From an uncultured virus (IMG/VR IMGVR_UViG_3300027373_000191) (Duplodnaviria; Heunggongvirae; Uroviricota; Caudoviricetes), in IMG/VR virus record IMGVR_UViG_3300027373_000191: 20,000 nucleotides of DNA; one strand, given 5' to 3'. A model generated the notes under the pieces. It did not search any database. It was given only the letters and a program-made list of their open reading frames with translations, and had not been told where the DNA came from. Positions 1 through 8,828 of this stretch are shown piece by piece (position 1 is the stretch's first letter; each line of letters opens with the position of its first letter). The translations under genes and the position numbers were made by a program.

Positions 1-2080
1 CGTCTCTATACACAGTTATTCCCTTGCAACCACTCTCATAGGCTTTCATATAAATTTCTGAAACCTTTTCTACAGAAACATCAGAAGGAAGGTTTATAGT
101 GCTTGAAATTGAATGATCGACATTTTTTTGTGCGGCTGCTTGAGCATCGACTCTAATGGACCAATCTAATTGCTCTGCACAATGACCCCACCAAGGAGAA
201 TCTTTCACATCATCTTTACCAGTTACTTTCATCCAGTCTTTAACTGCTGGGCAGAATATTTTAAATTTCATAAAATGATCGCCACTTTGGTCAATTTCGT
301 CTGTCCTGAAATTTTTATCTTCTGGATTACCTTTTACTTTCCTTATATATGGTTCAACGGTATATTCTGGTTCTATACCTGATGATGTTCCGAAAGAATC
401 AATTAATTTACATAAAATAGAGACTGTTCCTGCTGGAGCGGTCGTCAGAAGAGCTATATTCCTTCTTCCATATTTTTTATTATCTTCCCATATTTTTTTT
501 CCACTTATTTTTCTGCCATTTCCAAAATCAATTTCTTCATTTTCTATTCTATTTATAAATGGATTATTCTTTTCTTTTTCATAATCAAAAACCTTAAACG
601 TCCCTATCTCTTTGGCCATATCAACGGAAGATCTATATGCTCCAAATTTAAGTGTTCTATAGATTTTCTCTATGGTTTCAACACCTTCCTTAGTTCCATA
701 ACCAACTCCAATGGCAGCTAATGTATCCCCAATAGCAGTTACTCCAGTCCCTGTTCTTCTCCCCTTTAGACACGCATCAAGTATATTCTGCCATAAAGCC
801 TTTTCTCTATTTTTTATATCCTGTTCTTCTGGATCGTTTTCTATTTTATTAAGTATCCCCTTTATTGATTCGGCCTCTAAATCAACAAGATCATCCATTA
901 ATCTTTGATTTATTTTTGCGGCTTCATAAAATTGCTCATAATCAAAATAGGAATTAGATTCAAAAGGATTTTTTACAAAACCAAATGAATTTAGAGCCAT
1001 TAGTCGGCAGGAATCGTAAGGAGAGAGGGGGATTTCTCCACAAGGGTTGGTGCCAACAGACGTAAAGCCATCACTAAAATAGCAATCTGCTGGTGATTCT
1101 CTTATTATGTTATCCCAAAAAAGAACTCCCGGTTCTGCTGTTTGCCATGAACTATGAATTATTTTATCCCAAACGTCTTTTGCGCTAACATCTTTTCTTA
1201 TTTTAGGATTTTTTGAATCAATTGGCCATCTTTGTTCAAAAGTTTTTTCTTCTTTTACTGCCTTCATAAATTCATCTGTCAATTTGAGGGAAATATTTGC
1301 GCCAGTAACTTTATTTCTATCATATTTGCAAGTAGCAAAATCAATTTTTTTAGGATTATAATATTTTGAAGACATATCAATTTCTATTACGTTTCCCATA
1401 TCTCCTTCATATTTTACATTAACATCATATGGATCTCCATCGACTTCATTGTCCCAAGGAATAACTGACTCTGGATGGTGAATAGAACACGATATCATTT
1501 GTGCTCCTCTTCTACCATTTTGACCAACTTCTCTTCCAGAATTAGAAAATCTAGACATAAATGATATTGCACCAGAAGATGTTTTCGCAGCATTTTTTGT
1601 AGGAGTTCCAGATGGCCTTAAGTTAGATATATCGTGACCAACACCACCTCTTCTTTTTGATATTTGAACAATCTGCTCGTCAGTAAATATAATTCCAGAG
1701 TAACTATCAACTGCTGATGGGATCAAAAAACAGTTACTAAGTGATATTTTTTGATATTTATTTCCAATACCGAACATTGGAGAGCCTTGAGGAATTATTT
1801 GAGAGAATTTATCAAGATACTTAAATATATCCTCAGCAGACAATGGATTTTTAAACTTGTCCTTTTCTATTCTTGCAAATTCTTTTGCAATCCGCCAATG
1901 CATGTCTGTTGGTGTTTTTTCGACTAATTCGTCTTTATTATTTTTTAATGCATATTTTTTAACAAATATACTTGCTGGAAGTTCGTCCCCATTAAAATAT
2001 TCCATTGATTCACATAAGGCTTCTTGATATGTATAAGTTTTCTCATTAATTTGTTCTATTTCTGTTCCTTTTTCTAGCAT
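1..2080 (-). CDS. nrdJ: Class II (adenosylcobalamin-dependent) ribonucleotide reductase; 3' end lies beyond the window edge
   Basis: Not in the ORF track because it runs off the window. Manual translation from ATG at 2080 (upstream AGGAG RBS) gives MLEKGTEIEQ...YFNGDELPASIFVKKYALK...PQGSPMFGIGN...SLSNCF...KRRGGVGHDISNLRP...VGQNGRRGAQM...TGANIS...AEPGVLFWD...TNPCGEIPLSPYDSCRL...APAGT...GCKGITVYRD. The NPCGE thiyl-radical motif and the other catalytic Cys are present. Confidence 0.95.
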   Translation of the reverse strand, partial: MLEKGTEIEQINEKTYTYQEALCESMEYFNGDELPASIFVKKYALKNNKDELVEKTPTDMHWRIAKEFARIEKDKFKNPLSAEDIFKYLDKFSQIIPQGSPMFGIGNKYQKISLSNCFLIPSAVDSYSGIIFTDEQIVQISKRRGGVGHDISNLRPSGTPTKNAAKTSSGAISFMSRFSNSGREVGQNGRRGAQMISCSIHHPESVIPWDNEVDGDPYDVNVKYEGDMGNVIEIDMSSKYYNPKKIDFATCKYDRNKVTGANISLKLTDEFMKAVKEEKTFEQRWPIDSKNPKIRKDVSAKDVWDKIIHSSWQTAEPGVLFWDNIIRESPADCYFSDGFTSVGTNPCGEIPLSPYDSCRLMALNSFGFVKNPFESNSYFDYEQFYEAAKINQRLMDDLVDLEAESIKGILNKIENDPEEQDIKNREKALWQNILDACLKGRRTGTGVTAIGDTLAAIGVGYGTKEGVETIEKIYRTLKFGAYRSSVDMAKEIGTFKVFDYEKEKNNPFINRIENEEIDFGNGRKISGKKIWEDNKKYGRRNIALLTTAPAGTVSILCKLIDSFGTSSGIEPEYTVEPYIRKVKGNPEDKNFRTDEIDQSGDHFMKFKIFCPAVKDWMKVTGKDDVKDSPWWGHCAEQLDWSIRVDAQAAAQKNVDHSISSTINLPSDVSVEKVSEIYMKAYESGCKGITVYRD

Positions 2081-2170
2081 TTTTTTTCTCCTAAAAAAGA
2101 CAATTGCGCCATATAGATGGTATTGTTATATACCACAATAATACGACTATTATCTTGACTATTTTTATTT

Positions 2171-2452
2171 TTATTCTTGAGTGATCTTTATTTTTTTTGG
2201 TATAAAATTAGTATTTATTTCTCTTACACCATTTTCCAAAATATTAAAACCATTAAACAAATCTACTATTATCTGAAGTTCTTCTATTTCATTTTTCCCT
2301 TCTGGAACTTTGCCCCAATTTTCTGACGGAACAAAAACGATAAAAGGTAATTCTATTTTTTTATTTATTAACTTCAAATAAATCCCTCTATCTCCTTCCT
2401 TCATATAAGCTTCTAAAACTTCACAGATAATCTCTTCTTTATTATCGCTCAT
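2171..2452 (-). CDS. Hypothetical protein (93 aa)
   Basis: Co-directional ORF. The ATG at 2452 (MSDNKEE...) has a GGAGA RBS upstream and overlaps the stop of the upstream gene, so it is preferred to the track start at 2467. No recognisable motif. Confidence 0.7.
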   Translation of the reverse strand: MSDNKEEIICEVLEAYMKEGDRGIYLKLINKKIELPFIVFVPSENWGKVPEGKNEIEELQIIVDLFNGFNILENGVREINTNFIPKKIKITQE

Positions 2453-3257
2453 CCAAATTATCTCCAAATATATTCTTCTTCACTTCTTCAAGAAAATCCT
2501 TTACCTTTGAAGAAAGACTGCTATATTCTAGACTATTGTCAATAGATGGGTTAGCATTGTATTTTTCTTTTGATTTTTTTAATTCTAATTTCATCGATGT
2601 CAATATTTCTAGATTATCAGGACCTATCCTTACGCATAAATAGTGGGCGTCAAATGGCATATATGTGGCCGACATTTCCACTATTTCTTTACCTACTATT
2701 TTGTCGTCAAATAGTCTAATATCAAGTCTATGTATTTTTTCAAATAATTTATCAGATAGTTGTTTGGGGAAAGAATGCATCCCTTTTACCTCAAGATTTT
2801 TACATTGTTCATAAAATGGTACATCTTCTTTTTTTAATTTTAAAGATTCACATACATTTTTAAGCCTATCATTATATTCTGAATCAGAATAAATTCCAAA
2901 TAACCTGCATGATAATGGCCTTTTATAATAACTCTTACATAGATCATTTTCTAATAAAGGGCATTGTTTTACAATTTCATTACTTAAAAAAGACTCAAAA
3001 CAATAATATGTTAGTTTATCCTGTTCTTCTTTAGATAATGTTTCTAAAATTGTAGAGATAGATAAAAATTCAGATAATAGCATTGGAGGAGAAAATGTTT
3101 TACAACAATCGGCTTCTACCTTTTCTTTATTTGGACAGTGAAGGCATTTTGTTTTTGGCAAATCATCATAAATTGATTTTAAATCCTTAAATAAATCCTT
3201 ATATTTCATACTTTCTGTATCAACTTTAATCCCAAAATGTGGATGGATATATTTCAC
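2442..3257 (-). CDS. YkgJ-family (Fe-S/Zn cysteine cluster, CxxCxxCC-type) protein
   Basis: CLHC...CC...CPLLENDLCKSYYKRPLSCRLF matches the YkgJ/FliB-like Cys pattern. GTG start with AAGGAG RBS. Confidence 0.8.
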   Translation of the reverse strand: MKYIHPHFGIKVDTESMKYKDLFKDLKSIYDDLPKTKCLHCPNKEKVEADCCKTFSPPMLLSEFLSISTILETLSKEEQDKLTYYCFESFLSNEIVKQCPLLENDLCKSYYKRPLSCRLFGIYSDSEYNDRLKNVCESLKLKKEDVPFYEQCKNLEVKGMHSFPKQLSDKLFEKIHRLDIRLFDDKIVGKEIVEMSATYMPFDAHYLCVRIGPDNLEILTSMKLELKKSKEKYNANPSIDNSLEYSSLSSKVKDFLEEVKKNIFGDNLDER

Positions 3258-3268
3258 TATTTATCTCC

Positions 3269-4090
3269 TTAAAATAATTTCTTTATTGTTTCTTTTTTAT
3301 TATCTAGCAGGTACTTATATTTTTTATTTATTATTATTAATTCTTTTTCTATACGGGAATTATTTTTTAAAAAATTAGAAGTTTTTTCGTCTATAAAAGC
3401 CCAACTGTACATTCTTTTTATTTCTTCACAATTATCATAAATTAGAACCCAAGGAGATTCTAGTTTTTTTAGCAAATCACATAAAATTTCATGATTAAAA
3501 AATGATTTATCAGAAAAAAATGGTGGGTCTATTAGAAAAATATTATTTGAATTATTCCTAGAGATAAATCCCTCTTCCTCATAAATCGTACATGAATTTA
3601 ATGATATTTCTTTTTTGTTGATAATTTTATTTATTTGCCTAATTTCTTTTATTGTATTATCGATATTCATTCTTGACGATATTATATTTTTTATTTTATT
3701 ATCGTCGTCAATATTTTCAATTCCATCATAATAAACAGTTTTGAATATAAGAAAATTAGCAGCGACATCTACATAATTGTTAAAAAATTTATCATTTTTA
3801 ATTCTATCTTTAATTAAAAATAGATAATCTATTGTAATGTCTATTTCTTTTAATTTTATACACAATTCTTCTTGATCTCTTATAATTGCAGTCCACAAAC
3901 AAGATGTCCATATATCACTGTTGTTTATAGATATTTTTTTTATATTATTATTTTTATAAATATCTATAAAAATATTATTTCTTCCAAAAAATGGTTCAAC
4001 AAAAAAAGAATTTGGCAGTATCTCAGAAAATTTATCCAAAATACTGCCTATTTTATTACTAATTTCATTTTCATTAAAATACAGGAACAT
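3269..4090 (-). CDS. Dam-like (D12 class) N6-adenine DNA methyltransferase homolog, degenerate motifs
   Basis: FVEPFFG (motif I-like), INNSD (motif II-like), FLIDPPF (motif IV DPPY-like), and WVLIYDNCEEIKRMY...ELIIIN C-terminus typical of Dam-family proteins. Confidence 0.75.
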   Translation of the reverse strand: MFLYFNENEISNKIGSILDKFSEILPNSFFVEPFFGRNNIFIDIYKNNNIKKISINNSDIWTSCLWTAIIRDQEELCIKLKEIDITIDYLFLIKDRIKNDKFFNNYVDVAANFLIFKTVYYDGIENIDDDNKIKNIISSRMNIDNTIKEIRQINKIINKKEISLNSCTIYEEEGFISRNNSNNIFLIDPPFFSDKSFFNHEILCDLLKKLESPWVLIYDNCEEIKRMYSWAFIDEKTSNFLKNNSRIEKELIIINKKYKYLLDNKKETIKKLF

Positions 4091-4105
4091 TCAATAAACC
4101 TTTCA

Positions 4106-4447
4106 TTATTTCAATTTTGTTGGCGGTATTTTATCCAAACCACCAGAGTTTACCCAATCAGTAAACTCTTTATCTTTTTTTAACTTATCAGCAGAGGTAT
4201 TATCTGCTTTTTTTAATTCCCTATTTAAAAATTTATCACTATTAAATTCTGGCTTTAACTTTTCTGTCGGCTTAGTCCATCCTTCTCCTTTGAAGATAAT
4301 TCCAGAACCGCCAGATATAATTCTCCTGACTTTTAATGTCTTTCCTGTCTTTTCTTCTTTAATCTCTTCGTAAGGTTCGTCTCTTATAGATTGAACAACT
4401 TCAAATTGATCACCTGTTTCTATTATTTCATAGACATAAGTTGGCAT
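4106..4447 (-). CDS. FmdB-family regulatory protein homolog lacking the zinc-ribbon cysteines
   Basis: MPTYVYE...G..FEVVQSIRDEP...VRRIISGGSGIIFKGEGW follows the FmdB pattern MPxYxYxCxxCG.FE.....CPxCG...RxIS....FKGSG(F/W). Confidence 0.75.
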   Translation of the reverse strand: MPTYVYEIIETGDQFEVVQSIRDEPYEEIKEEKTGKTLKVRRIISGGSGIIFKGEGWTKPTEKLKPEFNSDKFLNRELKKADNTSADKLKKDKEFTDWVNSGGLDKIPPTKLK

Positions 4448-4451
4448 TTTA

Positions 4452-7154
4452 CTACTCCCTATCTAATTCTATATCATACGTAAAGCTCTTTCCATCTGGA
4501 TGAACGCCAAAAAACTTCTGTGAGGCTGTGCTTGCTGAAAGCAGCTCATTAATAGAATAATCATCTCCTCCAGCAAAAGATGAGTTCATAATTATTCTTC
4601 CGCCAGAACTTGTCTCTAATTCCGCCATTTGATGGAAGTGACCCATACAATTGTGAACACCATAATTATTTGCTGTATAAGAATTACTTCCATTTGTTCT
4701 AAAATTATATACAGGCAAATCTTTAACTTTCTCTTTCTGTATTTTTTTTATTTTCGCAAATAACATTCCATTAACGATTACAATATCTTGTGTTCTTTCT
4801 TTTTTATATTTATAATTACTATCAACTTCTTTTAATATATTATTTAATTTTTCATTAAAAATTCCATATATAGAATTAGTATAACATATGTTTCCTGCAC
4901 TATTTACATATGTAGATAAAGAAGATGAGTAACCGCATCTATGTAACAATAAAAACAATTGATTCCCAAGTGTTTTAGATACGGTGCTACAATTTATTTC
5001 AAATCTTTCATTTTTACACTTTCTTTTAGTTTGTCTCGTATGCCCATCTCCCAAAATAAAACCATAAATAATTTCTTTTTGTATTTCTATATCACATTCC
5101 ATCATGTCCATCGGTATCTTTTTATTATGTGATCCATTACCAAATAGATTATAAAATAGTTGACCCAATAATTTATTAGATATAATTAATGTCTTTGATG
5201 AATCATCGGCAACAGATAAACAAAACCCCTTTGTTATTCCAAAGTCTTCTTCTAAAACTTTTTTACAAAAATCCAGATATTCTTTTTCTCGCAAAGTATG
5301 TCCAAATGTAAATGATATTCCATTTATTTTTTCTATATACTCTTTGTTTTTATTTTTACAGTTAGTAGTAAAAGAACCCTCGGCCAACCAAAAACCAAAC
5401 ATCTTCGCAATTTTTTTAGATAAAATTACTTTTTCTGGGATACCAATTGTATTTCCGCTCCCCTTTCCCATTAAGAATATTCTGTCTTTTTTTATATTAT
5501 ATTTTTTATTAGGAAGTTTTTTAATACAATCAATTTCTTCTACATTTCTTATTGTTGTTATAGTCCCTAATTTAACATAATCTCCCTTTTTAATATTTTT
5601 TGCTTTAATAAACTCTGGTTTATAATTTTCAATCTTACTATCACATTTAGAACATGGATAACAACTACTTTTATTTGGCAAACATAGATATTCTTTTTTC
5701 TTTCTTGAAAGTAATCTGCATTCCATTTTTTCTTTTGGTATAATAAGAAACGGATGATCTTCCGTGCTTTCTACTGTTTTATAATTATATCCACTTTTTA
5801 TCTTATATATATCTCCAGAATATTTATGAGAAAATTTTTCTTGTACAATCACTTTCTCTCCATAAGCATCTACTATTTCTTCCCCTACATTAATCTTATC
5901 TATTTCTTCAGTCTCTCCATTTGGAAGTAATATTTCAGTCTCTTTAGGAAAACACATAAAATCAAATGATTTACAATAATCTACAGCAAATTTCAACATA
6001 TCTTTTGGATCGTCTCCTACTTCACTCTTTTGTAATTCTTCCCAAAGACCTTCAATCGATTTCGATTTGTCAAATAAACTTCTAAATTTTGATTCGGCTC
6101 TAACCATACCGTAAAAAGGAAGACCTCCCCATCCTCGCACTTGCTCTCCATGAATTAGGAGGAACTTATTACCCTGAACAGAAGCCACTTGAAATGGCGA
6201 TCTAGGTACAAAAAATTCGACATTTTTTTGATTTGAAGAAGATTTTTCTAAAAATTTATACAGAATATAATCCCAATTGACGAATTTTTTTTCCATACCT
6301 CTCTTACTTATTCTTCCATGATTACCATATACACCATAAAATTTAACATTTTTAAATGCTTTTGAAAGAATAAGGATTGCTTTTTCTAATTCTACAATCA
6401 AATCAAATATTTGATCACAAATATTCTGTTCTGTATGTAGAAAACCCCATTGACCAGCATCGTTGCTACCATGGACGTTATCTCCTAGAGCAAAAACATG
6501 GATCGTATCTATTTGGCTCGTCGTTCTATGCATAGATGTTATTTTAATTATTTTTGTAATTAAATTTTCAAGTCTTTGCTTAAATATATCTCTATTATAA
6601 TGAGACAAACCGCCAACTTCATTTTTATTTACAACTAGTCCTAAATGTAAATCAGACAACAAAAGGACTACGTCCTGTGGTTTAGTTTTAAATGATCTTA
6701 TAATAGGAATATTTATTTCCTCTGGCTGAATCTCTCTTACAGATTTTATGGAGCTAATTATTTTTTTGACAACAATATCTTCTGTAGCTAATTGTTTTAA
6801 AAATTCATTTTGTTTTCTTATTTCATGGCTTAATAATATTTTATCTTTTTCGACATTAAGTTTATTTTCTATTTCCTTAGTAAAATTATTTTCAATAATC
6901 TCTTCGCCAGCATGATCGTCAATATAAGTTCTGTAAAAATAGTCAATCTCTGCATTAAGAACTTCTTTTTCGGTAAGATCATTATCGTCAAACAGTTTTT
7001 GCCAGTCAGTATATCTATATTTGTTTCGGGCAGCATTAGATGTGACGTTAAAGATATCACCATATTTATTCCAATTAACTCCTTCTCCATCATAATCATC
7101 TCTTACCATCTTATAGAGCATGAGTTTTTCTTTTAATGACCAAATTTTATTCAC
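4452..7154 (-). CDS. Calcineurin-like metallophosphoesterase/nuclease with N-terminal Myb/HTH-like domain, intein-containing precursor (about 465 aa after splicing)
   Basis: Motifs SDLH, LGD, GNHG, HG and GHFH occur in the expected order. The N-terminus WSLKEKLML...NWNKYGDIFNVTSNAARNKY resembles Myb/SANT. GTG start with AGGAGG RBS. Confidence 0.85.
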   Translation of the reverse strand: MNKIWSLKEKLMLYKMVRDDYDGEGVNWNKYGDIFNVTSNAARNKYRYTDWQKLFDDNDLTEKEVLNAEIDYFYRTYIDDHAGEEIIENNFTKEIENKLNVEKDKILLSHEIRKQNEFLKQLATEDIVVKKIISSIKSVREIQPEEINIPIIRSFKTKPQDVVLLLSDLHLGLVVNKNEVGGLSHYNRDIFKQRLENLITKIIKITSMHRTTSQIDTIHVFALGDNVHGSNDAGQWGFLHTEQNICDQIFDLIVELEKAILILSKAFKNVKFYGVYGNHGRISKRGMEKKFVNWDYILYKFLEKSSSNQKNVEFFVPRSPFQVASVQGNKFLLIHGEQVRGWGGLPFYGMVRAESKFRSLFDKSKSIEGLWEELQKSEVGDDPKDMLKFAVDYCKSFDFMCFPKETEILLPNGETEEIDKINVGEEIVDAYGEKVIVQEKFSHKYSGDIYKIKSGYNYKTVESTEDHPFLIIPKEKMECRLLSRKKKEYLCLPNKSSCYPCSKCDSKIENYKPEFIKAKNIKKGDYVKLGTITTIRNVEEIDCIKKLPNKKYNIKKDRIFLMGKGSGNTIGIPEKVILSKKIAKMFGFWLAEGSFTTNCKNKNKEYIEKINGISFTFGHTLREKEYLDFCKKVLEEDFGITKGFCLSVADDSSKTLIISNKLLGQLFYNLFGNGSHNKKIPMDMMECDIEIQKEIIYGFILGDGHTRQTKRKCKNERFEINCSTVSKTLGNQLFLLLHRCGYSSSLSTYVNSAGNICYTNSIYGIFNEKLNNILKEVDSNYKYKKERTQDIVIVNGMLFAKIKKIQKEKVKDLPVYNFRTNGSNSYTANNYGVHNCMGHFHQMAELETSSGGRIIMNSSFAGGDDYSINELLSASTASQKFFGVHPDGKSFTYDIELDRE
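4650..5954 (-). mobile_element. Intein (435 aa) with LAGLIDADG homing endonuclease in the metallophosphoesterase
   Basis: N-terminal CFPKETEI (block A), STEDHPF (block B), FGFWLAEG and IYGFILGDG (LAGLIDADG motifs), VYNFRT...SYTANNYGVHN|C (blocks F/G, Cys+1). Excision restores FDFM-CMGHFH. Confidence 0.93.
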
Positions 7155-7188
7155 TACTTTTCCTCCTTCTTATTTGCTTATTTGAACT

Positions 7189-8232
7189 TTATACGTTTTT
7201 GAATGGTCTATTATATAATGGATATTTATCTTCGCCAGAAGACATTTTTTTAAGAATTTCTTCCTCTTCTTTATTCAAAGATGTTGGCATTTCCAATAAT
7301 ATAGATATTTGATGTTCCATGAATTTTCCATTTTTATCTGGGAAACCTGCATTTATTATATTTATAATATCACCATTTTTACTTTTCTTTGGGATATAAA
7401 CACTTTTTACGCCATGAAGAGTCATGACATTAATATGTCCTCCAGTAATTGCGATATTAATAGGTATATAAACCTCTGACTGTACTTTACCTCTGTTATT
7501 TACAGAATAATATTCATCTTTATTTATATTTATTCCTATATATATATCTCCATATTTTCCAGAATTTATAATACTCTCATGACCTTTGCCACTTAGCTTT
7601 ATATATTTACCGGGCAATATTCCCTTTTGTATCTCTATTTTTTCTTCTAGTCTCTCGGCAATAATCCCTTTTCCATGGCATTTTGAACACGGTTTATCTA
7701 TTACTTTTCCTGTACCAGAACATCTCTGACATCTTACTGTCATCCTTAACATTCCACTTGGATCAGAAATAAAAAGCTGTCCTTTACCATGGCATTCTTC
7801 GCATGTAGTTACTGTCGATCCTTCTTCAATCTTAGTTCCTTTGCATTTAGTACACAATATCCTTCTATTAAAGCTTACTATTTTATTTGATCCAAAAAAA
7901 GCTTCTTTTATGGATATATTCATAAATGATTTTATATCTAATGACTCTTGAGGTTGACTTGATCTATGGTAACTTTCTCTATTAAAGAATGACTCAAAAA
8001 TATCATTATGATATTCTCTAAAATTTATATTAGATGATTCATCAAATTCTTTTCTTTTTTCTTCATTTTTTATCATTCCATAAGCAGCATTTATTTTTTT
8101 AAGTTTATCTTCAGATTCCTTATTTCCGCCAGTTTTATCTGGATGATATTTTATTGCTAATTTTTTATAAGCTTTTTTTATTTCTTCTTGAGTAGATGTC
8201 TTAGACACACCAAGAATTTCATATGGATTCAT
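7189..8232 (-). CDS. dnaJ: DnaJ-like (Hsp40) chaperone
   Basis: J domain with YHPDK, four CxxCxGx(G/K) zinc-finger repeats and a DnaJ C-terminal domain (GDIYI...AITGG.I.V.TLHG). Confidence 0.95.
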   Translation of the reverse strand: MNPYEILGVSKTSTQEEIKKAYKKLAIKYHPDKTGGNKESEDKLKKINAAYGMIKNEEKRKEFDESSNINFREYHNDIFESFFNRESYHRSSQPQESLDIKSFMNISIKEAFFGSNKIVSFNRRILCTKCKGTKIEEGSTVTTCEECHGKGQLFISDPSGMLRMTVRCQRCSGTGKVIDKPCSKCHGKGIIAERLEEKIEIQKGILPGKYIKLSGKGHESIINSGKYGDIYIGININKDEYYSVNNRGKVQSEVYIPINIAITGGHINVMTLHGVKSVYIPKKSKNGDIINIINAGFPDKNGKFMEHQISILLEMPTSLNKEEEEILKKMSSGEDKYPLYNRPFKNV

Positions 8233-8824
8233 AATTATTTTTTATCTCTCTATACTTACTATATTCTAAAAAATTACTTAAAGATAATAATTTGAAAAAA
8301 TCTTTATTTTTAGTAATATCAAAAAGATTTATATTTTCTTCAGCAATATTACTTAAACTTATTTTATTTTCTAAAAATTTTATTTTATTTTTATTTAATA
8401 TGTTTCTTATGAAATTACTTAAATTTTCTGAATCACAATATATTCTTATGAAATCATCTTTTTCTTTATTTGAGATTGTCATTCCAGACATTTCTAAAAT
8501 ACCGTAAAATATATTCCTATATATAATTTCTTCTTCTTGAATAAAAAAAGGTATTTCATGATATATAATATTATCAATAGATATATCAAAGCAATCTAAA
8601 AAATCTTTTAATTTTTCAAAAGACTCTATATTTATTAATACTCTAACTCCTTCAAATTTTATTTTATATTCTATATTTTTGTTAATTAAAAATTTTTCAA
8701 TAAAATCATACATTTCTCTTTTCTTAAAAAATAACTCTATTTCATTATCCTTTTTACCATATTCACATGAATATAGCATTCCAATAAAAAAAGATTCCTC
8801 AATATTTGGATTTGTTTTACACAT
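8219..8824 (-). CDS. Hypothetical protein, possibly a degenerate two-repeat LAGLIDADG-fold protein
   Basis: Co-directional ORF tightly packed between neighbours. The helices SFFIGMLYSCEY and NIFYGILEMSG, about 95 aa apart, resemble decayed LAGLIDADG motifs. Confidence 0.5.
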   Translation of the reverse strand: MCKTNPNIEESFFIGMLYSCEYGKKDNEIELFFKKREMYDFIEKFLINKNIEYKIKFEGVRVLINIESFEKLKDFLDCFDISIDNIIYHEIPFFIQEEEIIYRNIFYGILEMSGMTISNKEKDDFIRIYCDSENLSNFIRNILNKNKIKFLENKISLSNIAEENINLFDITKNKDFFKLLSLSNFLEYSKYREIKNNYESI

Positions 8825-8828
8825 TTTT

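Noticed and set aside
170..908. Short plus-strand ORFs 170-382 and 711-908
   Set aside because: Antisense shadows of the RNR gene, with no motifs.
2081..2170. Possible NrdR boxes or cobalamin riboswitch upstream of the RNR (dyads CCAT-ATAG-ATGG and TATTGT-N8-ACAATA at 2109-2140)
   Set aside because: The dyads do not fit the NrdR core CwAtATaTwG, and the 90-nt gap is too short and AT-rich for a cobalamin riboswitch. They may be chance.
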